Assembly: GCA_964016885.1 (NCBI GenBank)
Contig: OZ024763.1
Location: forward strand, 7,316,001 to 7,380,000
Source: Eledone cirrhosa
Taxonomy: Eukaryota
DNA length: 64,000 nt
Direction of reading: 5' to 3'
Part shown: positions 36,638-51,511 of the stretch, in pieces
Layout of the letters: each line of letters starts with the position of its first letter
Numbering within the stretch: position 1 is the stretch's first letter
The notes under the pieces: model-generated
Databases searched by the model: none
What the model saw: the letters and a program-made list of their open reading frames with translations, nothing else
What the model was told of the DNA's origin: nothing
Translations under genes and position numbers: made by a program

Positions 36638-36686
<49 letters not shown>

Positions 36687-36692
36687 TTTCAT

Positions 36693-37148
36693 ACGTCTGA
36701 GTTTTCCTGCTTGCAAGGGTGGGACGGGTCCTATTCAGCACAACGTGTCTCCATCGTTACTGTCCTTCGTCGTCATCTGTGAGTTTCAGCGATCTGAGGT
36801 CAGCTCTCACCACTCCTGCCCATGATTTTCGTGGTCTTCCTCTACTACATCTTCCTTCTACTGGGATTTCTTGGCACTTCTTTACCCAGCGGTCATCCTC
36901 CATGCGCATCACATGTCCATACCATCGCAGTCTTCCCTCCTGCACACCACAACTTATCCCTCTTATACCCAGTTTCTTTTTCAACTCGTCTATACTTGGT
37001 CGTTCACACACATTGACATTGCACATCCAACGGAGCATGCTTGATTCATTTCTCTCCAGCCGTCGCATATCCTCCGCAGTTACTGCCCATCTCACACAGG
37101 CATCATATAACTGGATTTTCGTTCGTAGGGAGAAACCCTTTGTCAACA
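36693..37148 (-). mobile_element. RTE-clade LINE 3' fragment, duplicate copy
   Basis: ORF 36757-37146 has the same motifs. Confidence 0.9.
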
Positions 37149-37345
37149 GAATGATATAGAAATGACTTCTACAGGACTAGAACTTTCATTTCAAGGAAAT
37201 CGGGGCTTTCCTAATGATTTCCTTCGAATGAAATATTCCTAGTCCTGTAGAAGCTATTTCTATATTATATTTTGTATATACTCTACTAATGTATTGAGTA
37301 CTTTACCTACTGTGGTTTCCCCCTCGATTGAACCCGAGACTCTCT

Positions 37346-37403
<58 letters not shown>

Positions 37404-37929
37404 ATTATATATATATATAATCACAATTTAATGTCCATTTTTCTACGCTTGCATGGGTTAGACGAGTTGTCCTATTGTGGGCAATGCCAGGTCAGGTGAC
37501 CATGTTTTGCTCATACAGAACTGATCTTGGCTTCGCTTTAACAGCTGGAAGCCTTTCCAAACGCTAACCACATTTACAGTGAGTACTGTTTATTTTGTAT
37601 GTCGTGACCCCTACACCTTGGTCAAAATCAGTGACTCCTACACCTTGGTCGGAGCAGTGATCTCTAGTTTTCTTTCAAACTATATTTTTTTATTTAAATT
37701 TAATTAAAAGAAATTTTATTAGATTTAGTTTCGGATAATTCTGTTTACATAAATAGCAAATCTTTTGATAATTTATGTAAAGTAAATATTGTATATACTT
37801 GTATATATGTCGATAAATGTGACAAAATATTGATGGTAAAATAGGGAGGAGGACTTGTCTTCGAGGTCAATATTTTGATTTCACCAACTTAAAAATTATA
37901 TGTAAATGAGGTGCTATAATATTTTCTCT

Positions 37930-39250
37930 TTGGAGATGAATGTTGCACCAGTTTCACTTTGGAGGTGAATATTACACCAGTTTCACTTTGGAATATTACA
38001 CCAGTTTCACTTTGTAGGTGAATATTGCACCAGTTTCACTTTGGTGGTGGATATATTACACCAGTTTCACTTTGGAATATTACACCAGTTTACACTTTGG
38101 AGGTGAATATTACACCAGTTTCACTTTAGAATATTACACCAGTTTCACTTTGGAATATTACACCAGTTTCACTTTGGAATATTACACCAGTTTCATTTTG
38201 GAATATTACACCAGTTTCACTTTGGAATATTACACCAGTTTCACTTTGCAGGTGAATATATTACACCAGTTTCACTTTGGTGGTGGATATATTACACCAG
38301 TTTCACTTTGGAGGTGAATATTTCACAAGTTTCACTTTGGAATATTACACCAGTTTACACTTTGGAGGTGAATATTACACCAGTTTCACTTTGGAATATT
38401 ACACCAGTTTCACTTTGGAATATTACACCAGTTTCACTTTGGAATATTACACCAGTTTCACTTTGGAATATTACACCAGTTTCACTTTAGAATATTACGC
38501 CAGTTTCACTTTAGAATATTACACCAGTTTCACTTTGGATATATTACACCAGTTTCACTTTGGATATATTACACCAGTTTCACTTTGGATATATTACACC
38601 AGTTTCACTTTGGATATATTACACCAGTTTCACTTTGGATATATTACACCAGTTTCACTTTGCAGGTGAATATATTATACCAGTTTCACTTTGCAGGTGA
38701 ATATATTACACCAGTTTCAGTTTGGATGTGGATATATTACACCAGTTTCACTTTGCAGGTGGATATATTACACCATTTTCACTTTGGAATATTACACCAG
38801 TTTACACTTTGGAGGTGAATATTACACCAGTTTCACTTTGGAATATTACACCAGTTTACACGTTGGAGGTGAATATTACACCATTTTACACTTTGGAGGT
38901 GAATATTACACCAGTTTCACTTTAGAATATTACACCAGTTTCACTTTAGAATATTACACCAGTTTCACTTTGCAGGTGAATATATTACACCAGTTTCACT
39001 TTGGTGGTGGATATATTACACCAGTTTCACTTTGGAGGTGAATATTTCACCAGTTTCACTTTGGAATATTACACCAGTTTACACTTTGTAGGTGAATATA
39101 TTACACCAGTTTCACTTTGGAGGTGAATATATTACACCAGTTTCACTTTGGATGTGGATATATTACACCAGTTTCACTTTGCAGGTGAATATATTACACC
39201 AGTTTCACTTTGGTGGTGGATATATTACACCAGTTTCAATTTGGAGGTGA
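37930..39250. repeat. Same minisatellite, duplicate copy with a different unit order
   Basis: Same core and linker set. Confidence 0.95.
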
Positions 39251-40140
39251 AATTTATATTTGCTATTATATTTGATGATTTTAATGAATATGACCTTGAA
39301 ATCAATCAGAAAATGGTAACTCATTACATAAAGAAGTGAAATAAAAACTATACTCTAAATGACACTTAAAACATTTTAAATATCAAAATATTAAAACTTC
39401 ATAAATATATTCTCCACTCATGAGAATTTCAAAACTGTCGTCTGTTGATTAGCCACCATGGCTTATAAATGGGGTTTGGATTCTGTCCTATTTCTCAATT
39501 ATAAGCCGATCCCTTTTTTATTTGACTATATATAGTAATTAGGGCAAGTTAATTTAGGGTCTTTTAAAGATTGTGTGACTCCTTTTTACTCCAGTCCACT
39601 CATTAACACAGCACATTAAACACTCACACATACACACAATTACACCACACCCTCGTTACACACCACATACTCCACACATGTACTCACACACCATGTGCAC
39701 ACACCACGCCATACACATCACTCACCACACATTATGTTCTACACACAACACATTATACTCTACACACCACACTCTACACACTACACAACGCACATTACCT
39801 TCTACACACCTCACCACACACATCACCCCACACATATCACCACACTACACCGTCGGACGCCATGCTTTGACGCATAGAATTACGCCCCTTTCCATTCTGA
39901 GTTCAAATCCGGCCGAGGTTAACTGTCTTTCATCATTACGGGGTCGATAAAATAAATTACCAGTGGGTAATTGCTGGACTTGTGCCAAAAGTAGAAACAA
40001 TTATATTAGTTTCTGTATATTTTCTATCTTGTGTAGTTATCATGTCGAGTCATTCCTATAATTGTAAAATCTAAAAGTACTGTCAAACTTTATTTGACAT
40101 CACAAAAAAGTAAGTCTTACATGTTTTCCTATTTCTCAGC

Positions 40141-43100
40141 TCTCTCCATCCCTCTCTCTCTACATCCATCCCTACCCCCTCTCTCTCCATCCATCCCTCT
40201 CTCTACATACATCCCTCTCCCTCTCTCTCCATCCATCCCTCTCTCTCTCTACATACATCCCTCTCCCTCTCTCTCCATCCCTCTCTCTCTACATACATCC
40301 CTCTCCCTCTCTCTCCATCCCTCTCTCTCCTTCCATGCCTCTCACTCTCTCCCTCTCTCTATCCATCCCTCTCTCTCCTTCCATGCCTCTCACTCTCTAT
40401 ATATATCTCTCTCCATCCATCTCTCTCTCCATCCATCCCCCTCTCTCTCCTACCCCCTCTCTCTCCTACCCCCTCTCTCTCCATCTATCCCCCCTCTCTC
40501 CATCCCTCTCCCCATCCCTCTCTCTCTCTCCATCCATCCCTCTTTCTCCATCCATCCCTCTTTCTCCATACATCCCTCTCCCTCTCTCTCCATCCCTCTT
40601 TCTCCATTCATCCCTCTCCCTCTCTCTCCATCCCTCTCTCTCCATACATCCCTCTCCCTCTCTCTCCATCTCTCTCTCTCTCCATCTCTCTCTCTCTCCA
40701 TCCATCTCTCTCTCCATCCATCCCTCTCTCCATCCATCCCTCTCTCTCCATCCCTCTCTCTCTCTCTCTCTCCATCCATCCCCCTCTCTCTCTCCATCCA
40801 TCCCCCTCTCTCCTTCCATTCCTCTCTCTATCCATCCATTCCTCTCTCTATCCATCCACCCCCCTCCCCCCCTCTCTCTCTCTCCTTCCATCCCCCTCCC
40901 CCTCTCTCTCTCTCTCCTTCCATCCCTCTCTCTATACATCTCTCTCTCTCTCTCTCTACATCCATCCCTCTCTACATCCATCCCTCTCTCTCCTTCCATG
41001 CCTCTCACTCTCTAAATATATCTCTCCATCCCTACTCCCTCTCTCTCCATCCATCTCTCTCTCTCTCCATCCCCCTCTCTCTCTCCATCCATCCCCCTCT
41101 CTCTCTCTCTCCATCATACTCCTCTCTCTCTCCATCCATCCCCCTCTCTCTCTCTCCATCATACTCCCTCTCTCTCTCCTTCCATTCCTCTCTCTATCCA
41201 TCCATCCCTACTCCCTCTCTCTCTATCCATCCATCCCTACTCCCTCTCTCTCTATACATCCCTCTCTCTCCATCCATCCCTCTCCCTCTCTCTCTCTCAC
41301 TCTCTCCTTCCATTCCTCTCTGTATCCATCCATCCCCCTCCCCCCTCTCTCTCTCCTTCCATCCCTCTCCCTCTCTCCTTCCATCCCTCTCCCTCTCTAT
41401 ACATCTCTCTCTCTCCATTCATCCCTCTCCCTCTCTCTATCCATCCCTCTCCCTCTCTCTATCCATCCCTCTCTCTCTCTCTACATCCATCCCTCTCTCC
41501 ATCCCTCTCTCTCTACATCAATCCCTCTCTCTCTCTCTCTCTCTCTACATCCATCCCTCTCTCTCCTTCCATGCCTCTCACTCTCTATATATCTCTCTCC
41601 ATCCACCCCTCTCTCTCCATCCATCCCCCTCTCTCTCTCCATCCCTACTCCCTCTCTCTCTATCCATCCCTCTCTCTCTATCCATCCCTCTCTCTCTCCT
41701 TCCATCCCTTTCCCCCCTCTCTCTCTTCCTCTCCTTCCATGCCTCTCTCTCCTTCCATCCCTCTCTCTATATATATCTCTCTCCTTCCATCCCTCTCTCT
41801 CTCCATCCATCCCTCTCCCGCTCTCCATCCTACTCCCTCTCTCTCTCTCTCCATCCTACTCCCTCTCTCTATCCATCCATCCCTACTCCCTCTCTCCATC
41901 CACCCCTCTCTCTCTCTCCTTCCATCCGTTTCCCCCCCCCTCTCTCTCTCTCTCTCTCTCCATCCATCACCCTCTCTCTCCATCCTACTCTCTCTCTATC
42001 CATCCATCCCTACTCCCTCTCCTTCCATCCGTTTCCCCCCTCCCTCTCTCTCTCTCTCTCTACATCCATCCCTCTCTCTCTCCTTCCATCCCTCTCTCTC
42101 TATATATATCTCTCTCCATCCATCCCTCTCTCCATCTCTCTCTCTCCATCCTTCTCTCTCCATCCTTCTCTCTCCATCCATCCCTCTCTCCATCTCTCTC
42201 TCCATCCTTCTCTCTCCATCCATCCTCTCTCTCTCTCCATCCATCCCTCTCCCTCTCTCCATCTCCCTCTCTATCCATCCCTCTCTATCCATCCCTCTCT
42301 CTCCTTCCATGCCTCTCACTCTCTATATATATCTCTCTCCATCCCCCTCTCTCTCTCTCCTTCCATTCCCCTGTCTCCATCCATCCCTCTCTCTCCTTCC
42401 ATCCCTTTCCCCCCTCTCTCTCTTCCCCCCTCTCTCTCTTCCTCTCCTTCCATGCCTCTCTCTCCATCCATCCCCCTCTCTCTCTCCTTCCATTCCTCCC
42501 CTTCCATCCCTCTCTCTCTACATCCATCCCTCTCTCTCCTTCCATGCCTCTCTCTCCATCCATCCCTCTCTCCTTCCATCCCTTTCCCCCCTCTCTCTCT
42601 TCCTCTCCCTCTCCATCCAACCCTCTCTCTTCCTCTCCTTCCATGCCTCTCTCTCCTTCCATCCCTCTCTCTCTATATATATCTCTCTCTCCATCCATCC
42701 CCCTCTCCATCCATCCATCTCTCTCTCTCTCCTTCCATCCCTCTCCTTCCATCCCTCTCTCTCTCTCTCCATCCCTCTCTCTCTCTCCTTCCATCCCTCT
42801 CCTTCCATCCCTCTCTCTCTCTCTCCATCCCTCTCTCTCCATCCATCCCTCTCCCTCTCTATACATCCCTCTCCCTCTCTATACATCCCTCTCTCTCCAT
42901 CCATCCCTCTCCCTCTCTCCCCTTCCATCCCTCTCTCCCCTTCCATCCCTCTCTCTCTATATATATATCCCTCTCTCCATCCATCCCTCTCTCTCTCTCT
43001 CTCCATCCTACTCCCTCTATCTCTCTCTCCATCCACCCCTCTCTCTCCTTCCATCCGTATCCCCCCTCTCTCTCTCTCTCTTCCGCTCCATCCATCTCTC

Positions 43101-44534
43101 TCTCCTTCCATCTCTCTCTCTCTCTCTCTCTCCCCTTCCATCCCTCTCTATACATCTCTCTCTCCATCCTACTCCCTCTCTCTATCCATCCATCCCTACT
43201 CCCTCTCTCTATCCATCCATCCCTACTCCCTCTCTCCATCCACCCCTCTCTCTCTCTCCTTCCATCACCCTCTCTCTCCATCCCCCTCTCTCTCTCCTTC
43301 CATCCCTCTCTCTCTCTTCCTCTCTCCTTCCATCCCTCTCTCTATACATCCCTCTCTCTCCATCCATCCCTCTCCCCCCTTCCATCCCTCTCCTTCCATG
43401 CCTCTCTCTCTCTATATCCCTCTCTCTTTCTCTCTCTCCATCCATCCCTCTCTCTCCTTCCATGCCTCACACTCTCTCTATATATCTCTCTCCATCCATC
43501 CCTCTCTCTCTCTCCATCCCCCTCTCTCTCTCCTTCCATCTCTCTCTCTCTCTCCATCCATCACCCTCTCTCTCTCCTACTCCCTCTCTCTATCCATCCA
43601 TCCTACTCCCTCTCTCTATCCATCCATCCTACTCCCTCTCTCTATCCATCCATCCCTACTCCCTCTCTCCATCCACCCCTCTCTCTCTCTCCTTCCATCA
43701 CCCTCTCTCTCTCTCCTTCCATCACCCTCTCTCTCTCTCCTTCCATCACCCTCTCTCTCTCTCCTTCCATCCCTCTCCCTCTCTCCTTCCATCTCTCTCT
43801 CTATATATATATCCCTCTCTCTCTCCATCCCTCTCCCTCTCTCTCTCTCTCTCCTTCCATTCCTCTCTCCATCCATCCCTCTCTCTATCCATCCCTCTCT
43901 CTCCCTCTACTTCCATGCCTCTCACTCTCTATATATATCTCTCTCCATCCATGCCCCTCTCTCTCCTTCCATTCCTCTCTCTATCCATCCATCCCTACTC
44001 CCTCTCTCTCCTTCCATCCCTTTCCCCCCTCTCTCTCTTTCATCCCTCTCTCTCTCTCCTTCCATCCCTCTCTCCCTCTCTCCATCCATCCCTCTCTCTC
44101 CTTCCATGCCTCTCCTTCCATGCCTCTCTCTCTATATATATATCCCTCTCTCTCTCTCCATCCATCCCTCTCTCTCTCCCTCTCTCTCCATCCATCCCTC
44201 TCTCTCTCCCTCTCTCTCCATCCCTCTCCCTCTCTCTCTCTCTCTCCATCCCCCTCCCTCTCCATCCATCCCTCTCCCTCTCTCCTTCCTCTCTCTCTCC
44301 ATCCCCCTCTCTCCATCCATCCCCCTCTCTCTCTCCATCCCCCCTCTCTACATCCATCCCCCTCTCTCTCTCTCCATCCATCCCCCTCTCTCTATCCATC
44401 CATCCCTACCCTCTCTCTCTCCATCCATCCCTACCCTCTCTCTCTCCATCCATCTCTCTCTCTCTCTCTCTCTCTCTCCATCCATCCATCCATCCATCCC
44501 TCTCTCTCTCCATCCATTCCTACCCTCTCTCTCT

Positions 44535-44567
<33 letters not shown>

Positions 44568-45586
44568 CATCCATCTCTCTCTCTCTCTCTCTCTCCATCC
44601 ATCCCTCTCTCTCCATCCATCCCTCTCTCTCTCCATCCATCCCTACCCTCTCTCTCTCTCTCTCTCTCTCCATCCATGCCCCTCTCTCTCCTTCCATTCC
44701 TCTCTCTATCCATCCATCCCTACTCCCTCTCTCTCCTTCCATCCCTTTCCCCCCTCTCTCTCTTTCATCCCTCTCTCTCTCTCCTTCCATCCCTCTCTCT
44801 CTCTCTCCTTCCATCCCTCTCTCCATCCATCCCTCTCTCTCCTTCCATCCCTCTCTCTCCTTCCATCCCTCTCTCTCTCCTTCCATCCCTCTCTCCATCC
44901 ATCCCTCTCTCTCCTTCCATGCCTCTCCTTCCATGCCTCTCTCTCTATATATATATCCCTCTCTCTCTCTCCATCCATCCCTCTCTCTCTCCCTCTCTCT
45001 CCATCCATCCCTCTCTCTCTCCCTCTCTCTCCATCCCTCTCCCTCTCTCTCTCTCTCTCCATCCATCCCCCTCCCCCTCTCTCTCCATCCATCCCTCTCC
45101 CTCTCTCCTTCCTCTCTCTCTCCATCCCCCTCTCTCCATCCATCCCCCTCTCTCTCTCTCTCCATCCCCCCTCTCTCCATCCATCCCCCTCTCTCTCTCT
45201 CCATCCATCCCCCTCTCTCTCGCCATCCATCCCCCTCTCTCTATCCATCCATCCCTACCCTCTCTCTCTCCATCCATCTCTCTCTCTCTCTCTCCATCCA
45301 TCCCTCTCCCTCTCCATCCATTCCTACCCTCTCTCTCTCTCTCTCTCTCCATCCATCTCTCTCTCTCTCTCTCCATCCATCCCTCTCTCTCTCTCTCTCC
45401 ATCTCTCTCCCTCTCTCTCTCCATCCATCCATCCCTCTCTCTCTCCATCCATCCCTCTCTCTCTCCATCCATCCCTCTCTCTCTCCATCCATCCCTCTCT
45501 CTCTCCATCCATCCCTCTCTCTCTCTCTTCGTCTCCTTCCATCCCTCTCTCCTTCCATCCCTCTCTCTCTCTCTCCATCCTCCCCT
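40141..45586. repeat. ~5.4-kb compound (CT)n/(CCAT)n satellite, duplicate copy, expanded
   Basis: Same modules and flanks as 4861-9046. Confidence 0.97.
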
Positions 45587-45673
45587 CGCCGTCATATATA
45601 TATACTTTTTTCCTATTACCTACTCTACTAGTATTGAGTACTCTGGTGCGTTCTGTTCCATATGGTTCCTTCG

Positions 45674-45754
<81 letters not shown>

Positions 45755-46351
45755 GAGAGAGAAATGTATGTGTGCTCTGTTACGTGGTCAACTAACTGGC
45801 TGGTGCTCAGCTAAGTAAGAAGCTAAAACTGGCAGAACTTGCGGTCGAATCGCCACCTAGTGTCACAGACGTTGTAGTAACATTACATTCCCCTTTCCAC
45901 TTCTATATCTTCGGTGAGGCAGGGGGGAGAGAGTAATTGTGTCATAGAAAAATCACCCTCCCCTTCCCCGTTGTATTTCTATAGAGAGAGAGAGAGAGAG
46001 AGAGAAGTGGTTGAGGTTACAGAAATATTACCTTCCCCTCTCCACTTACTTTGGTAAGTCCAAGAGAACCACTGTTGCTATAGAAACATTACCACGTGCC
46101 ACCAGAGACCAGTTTCTGGCGGTTTCCTTCTCTCAACTGTCACCTCTTAGAGACTTTCATATTTGCCAGTATATATAATATATTCTATATAATATACATA
46201 CCATATATTACAATATAATAGAATATTTACTGTTTATTATACAATATATATAATGTATATTGTGTATATAATATTTATTATAATATACAATATATATTTA
46301 AATAATATTTATAATATATATAATATATATTATATTATAAATATGTTTCAG

Positions 46352-46424
46352 GCAGGACCTGCTGGAAGGCAAGTTAGACGAGTTACCACCACGTGACCCT
46401 GCTTGGAATATGTTGGCAAACTAG
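46352..46424 (+). pseudogene. Candidate exon C, duplicate copy
   Basis: Same as 9785-9857. Confidence 0.45.
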
Positions 46425-49400
46425 AAGAAAATATATAGGATATATTTTAGGGACAAGACAGGCAGACAGGCACACCGTACAAGACTGCACAACCTACTAC
46501 ACTACACCACGGCCCTGCCCCCTCTCTCTCTCTCTCCCTTCCTCTCTCTCTATCCATTTCTCTCTCTCTCCATCCATCTCCCTTGTTTCTCTTCTCTCTC
46601 TCATCTCTCTTGTTTCTCTCTCATCTCTCTTGTTTCTCTCTCATCTCTCTTGTTTCTCTCTCTCATCTCTCATCTCTCTCTCATCTCTCATCTCTCTCGT
46701 TTCTCTCCCTTCTCTCTCTCCTTTCTCTCTGCTTCCTCTGTCTCTCCTCTCTATTGTTTCTCTAGTCTCTCCCTCCTCTCTCTCGTCTCTCTCTCCTCTC
46801 TCTCGTCTTTCTCTTCCCTCCTCCCCTCACTCCCTCCTCTCTCCCTCCCCTCTCTCCCTCCTCACTTTGTTTTTCTCCTCTCTCTCTTTCTTGTTTCTCT
46901 CTCCTCTCCCTCCTCTCTTTCTTGTTTCTCTCTCCTCTCCCTCCTCTCTTCCTTCTCTCTCTCTCTTCTCCCCCATCTCTGTCTCATTTCTCTCATTTCT
47001 CCTCACTCTCTCGTGTTTCTCTCAGAAGAATATGTAAGAATTGGAAGATGGCTAACCATGATGAAGCAAAACAGCGAGACGGATAATGGAAATAATAAAA
47101 CGTTCTTTTTCTTAACTAAATGCTGAAAAATCTAAAATCTAAGACAGGATAAAAATATAAAGACTATTTAAATATTAGTACACTATTCCATATAAATGTC
47201 AAGACTTGAAAATATTAACATTAGTTCACTATACCAAGGATAAACACTTTGATTAATCTCCTCAAGTTGTAATTCTAACGAGTGACATGATAGTACAATG
47301 GTCATCTCTTCTTATATTTCTATGTATAACATAACAATGCTCCTTACATTTATCCCAGGTATATGGAGGGATATTCCGATGTCTATTGTTTGTAAAATAA
47401 TGCAATAAGGAAACGCCATCATCCAGTAAACTTTAGTAATACTCCAATAACGTCTCAACCGCAATTTACGGTAGAAAATAGTAAGAAAAATAAAAGTCAC
47501 ACTCAGCAGTTAATGCAGTGAAAACAAACAATAACAATATTATTACTAAATAATTATAATTTCTTACATTCAATAATTCTTTTTCTTAAACACGTAATTT
47601 ATTTCAAATTTGTCGTATCATATATATACTGTTTGTGTGTCTTTGTTTGTCAAGTGATTGACGGGGAGAAGCCGATCGATTAAATTGAACCTATAAAAAT
47701 GACTGGTACTCTATTTTTCTGCTATAAAATTGTAAATTAATATCCATCGAGAACACAAAGGTGGTGTAATATCATTTAAAAATTAGAAATTGAGTTATAA
47801 ATATGTGTGTTCAGGGTTGTTGGTATTAAGTAACATAAAATGTCGTTAGGAGTTCAATATTTAGCTGGGGATATAGAATTTCTTTAAATTATTTCTTGTA
47901 CCAGTAGCGAACTGGGATCGAAACCATTGTTATTCGGACGAAAGAAATATACAAGCTTAGCTCAATCTAGTTGGAGTTACGGGACATTACTGCAAAGCAC
48001 ATCACTGTAGGTTCCAATCTTACATTGATAAAAGTGACGTTTAGCAATTTATTTGTAAGTCGCACACAGGATTTAGGTATGGCAGATTTGAAATTAGTGA
48101 ACATTATTGCAGACGAAGTCATTGTAGGTTCAAGTCAACACTAGGGCGTTAAGAAATAAAATGAATATTTACTTCATGAAAGAGCCTGAATTATGAAAGA
48201 CAAAGTCGACCTTTTCTAATAACAGCAACACTAAGAAAGGCATGAACGCCACAGTAAGTAAGGTACTCAATATATATCAGAGTATAAATATTTCATATAG
48301 AAATGTCTTCTACGGGACTAGAACTGTTTCATTCGGAAAAAAATCATCAGGAAAGCCCTTGATTTCTTTCGAATGAAACCGTTCTAGTCCTGCAGACGCC
48401 ACACACACATATGTATGTATATAAATATGTGTGTGTGTGTGTGTGTTCATAAGCCCAATTGTCTATGATAATAAGGTCCCCCCCCCCCCCCCCATCTTTG
48501 TATATTTATATGTCGATGTCTATTTCCACATGGCACATCTGGTCCTCGATGTTGTCACCGCCTGCTTTACGTAGCATCTTAACTATCTAATATTTATTCA
48601 GAGAGGTTCTCCCTTCATATCACAAATATTCCTTTCTGACTCACTGAAAACTTGTCTTGTATCATCGAGTAAAAGAGATCTAAAGAATCTGTCTGATGTT
48701 GCTATATATGTATGTAGCGACCTATAACTTGTGAGGGAGTTCTAGAGGCCCCACATTGACATTCAGGGTGTCTAGGGTACTTTGTAAAAGTTGACAGATC
48801 CCATCTCCACCCCCAGATCTCTTACAGAGAGTGAGAGAAAGGAATTGAGAAAAAGATATAGAAGAATCGACCCCAGTACTGCACTGGTACTTGTTTCTAA
48901 CTACCTCGAATGGTACAATAGCGAAACCTAAACTTTGATGTACCTATACAAGTCATACCTGTTCTATATGTGATGTACGTACATATATGTATGTAAGTGT
49001 ACCTGGCGTTGCAAGTTCGGTTTGCGTAAGTGTCTCTGAGAATTTTTACATGAGCAAACATGTGTCCTGATGATTAGTCAATCGTTATTATGATGGTATA
49101 TGGTATGTGCTTTTAATATATATGTATATTTACATAGAAGTGAGTAAATATGAATGTATGGGTATATATAAATGAAAATGGTCTTTCTAATTGCTAAAAC
49201 TATCTATCGGTCGAAACTCCAGGTAGAAGTATATGTGTGTGTGTGTGTGTGAAATCCTTGGTACAGTCAGGTAAATTTAAAAAAAGGAAAAGAATGACTT
49301 CATTTGTAGTTCTAAATCAAATTGTTTAGAACTACAAGTCAGGTCATTCTTTTCCTTTTTTCAAATATATATATATATATAATGGGAAGAGGTGAGTATT

Positions 49401-50810
49401 ATAACTTTTATAAGAAATAAAAATCTAAAGACGAGTGATATAATTGTTAATACAGTATTCCAGAAGTAAAATATAGATCTAAAGACGAAAGAAAATTTCA
49501 TCAACGAAATCGTAATGTACACCAACGAAAATATAAGTCTACAGAATAGATTAGTAAAATAAAGTTGGAGCAACTAAATGAGGTCACTTAACTTTACATA
49601 TTTATATCGTGAAAAATGTTGATCTTCAGATATTAAATTATGGATGTGATTGTTTGTCTTTCTTTAAACACAGTCTTCTTTTTAAAATTAATTTTAGATT
49701 ATTCGTACCTCATCTCTGGTCTCTTTTGATGGAGTCTACCTGTCCTGTTTATTGGTTTTATTTTAAAAGTAATCCATTGGAACATCAGATATTAAATGAA
49801 ATGTTACGTAAAAGACACACCATATGTTTATTCCAGGTATTTAGAGAGATGTCCACTGACAACAAAATAATACAATAAGGAAATGCCATCATCCAGTAAA
49901 ACTTGGTAATAATCCAGTCTCGTCACACTCACCGTTTACAGTAAACAATGGTAAGAACAAACAAAAACTATTCAGCAGTTAATGAAGTGAATACATAAAA
50001 TTTAAAAAATAAATTCCTGAATAAAATAAATATTTTACTTTCATTAAATTGTTTCTTTACTTTCTTTTATAAAACACATTTATTAATAGGAATTAAGCAC
50101 AGCAATGTAGGTTCAAATCTTACTTGCATGTATATATAGGAACGACGTTTAATAATTTACGGGTCCGACGAACTAAGCTGGAATGAGGTATGACATTATT
50201 GCAGACGAAGTTGTTGTAGGTTCAAATCAAGCCTAGAGCAATGAGAAATAGTCTAGATTTACTTTACCTCACACATATTTCACGGTCATATGTCTATATA
50301 TATATATATATATAGACATATACATACATATATATATATACATATGTCGACATATATACACAGATATATATACATATATATGTAGACATATATACATACA
50401 TACATAAATATATACATATATATATATACATATATATACATATTCTTTCCTGAGACATTCTAACCACATGTCCATAGTATCAGAGCTGTGATCTCTCAGT
50501 TGGGAGAAGTAGCAGCTCTACCTGGAGTGACTCTCTCATCTCTGAGCTACACACTTTATCAAGTAACATTACTCCAAAGACCCTTTCGAGGAACCCCATT
50601 TTGGCTGCTTGTATTCGCTTTTAACTCTACTAACTCAGTACTAAGTCAGTACTAAGTTTAGTTAAATCTACTAAATACCATAGTGCAGCACTGAAGCTCT
50701 AAAGTGCCATACTGTGGCACCCTAGTTCGGGAGTTCAATAGTGTGTTACTCTTGCTCCCTATTGCCCTATACACATACATGTATATATATATATACACAC
50801 ATATATATAA

Positions 50811-50841
<31 letters not shown>

Positions 50842-51128
50842 AACATACATCCTTACGTATATATATATATATATATATATTACGTGTTGAAAATTCTATC
50901 AGTTGATAAAACAACAATATGGCATTGAAATATATATTCAACCTCAAAATTGATTTATTTTCTATTGCAGACTTCCAATGTTATGTTTAGAATTGTTCCT
51001 GACGATGTCTTTCTAAAGATGTGTAACATGTAATAGCAATGAAACAAGTGTTGATCAAATAAATAATTTATAAACTGTTGAACTTGGTGACTTATTTCTT
51101 TGTTTTATATATATATATAGAGAGAGAG

Positions 51129-51177
<49 letters not shown>

Positions 51178-51306
51178 CGGAATTATTGAATGTTCCAATC
51201 TTGCCTATATTGATGAGAAGCTAAGAGAAAACCGAACATCTGCAACAATATTGGTTCCATATTGAAAGTAGGTTGATATATATTCATTTTCAGTGAGGTT
51301 TTACAT

Positions 51307-51378
51307 CCGTTTTGGTGACCCAGTGGTATGTATTAGAGGTGAATGCTTTCCTGGTCGTGAGTTCGATCTGAATCAGGA
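51307..51378 (+). ncRNA. Double-hairpin tRNA-like element, degenerate (duplicate of 14451)
   Basis: Same sequence as copy 1. Confidence 0.45.
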
Positions 51379-51446
51379 TATAATCTCACTAAATCTTACA
51401 TTTTTTTCTCTTATAAAATGGAAAAGTAAGACCCCCTTAATGTATG

Positions 51447-51511
51447 TCTTCATTGAAAACCAAACCAGGTCCTCCACCGTCTCTAATAACCCCCACTAGG
51501 CCACCGTAACA
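51447..51511 (-). ncRNA. Double-hairpin tRNA-like element, degenerate (duplicate of 14590)
   Basis: Same sequence as copy 1. Confidence 0.45.
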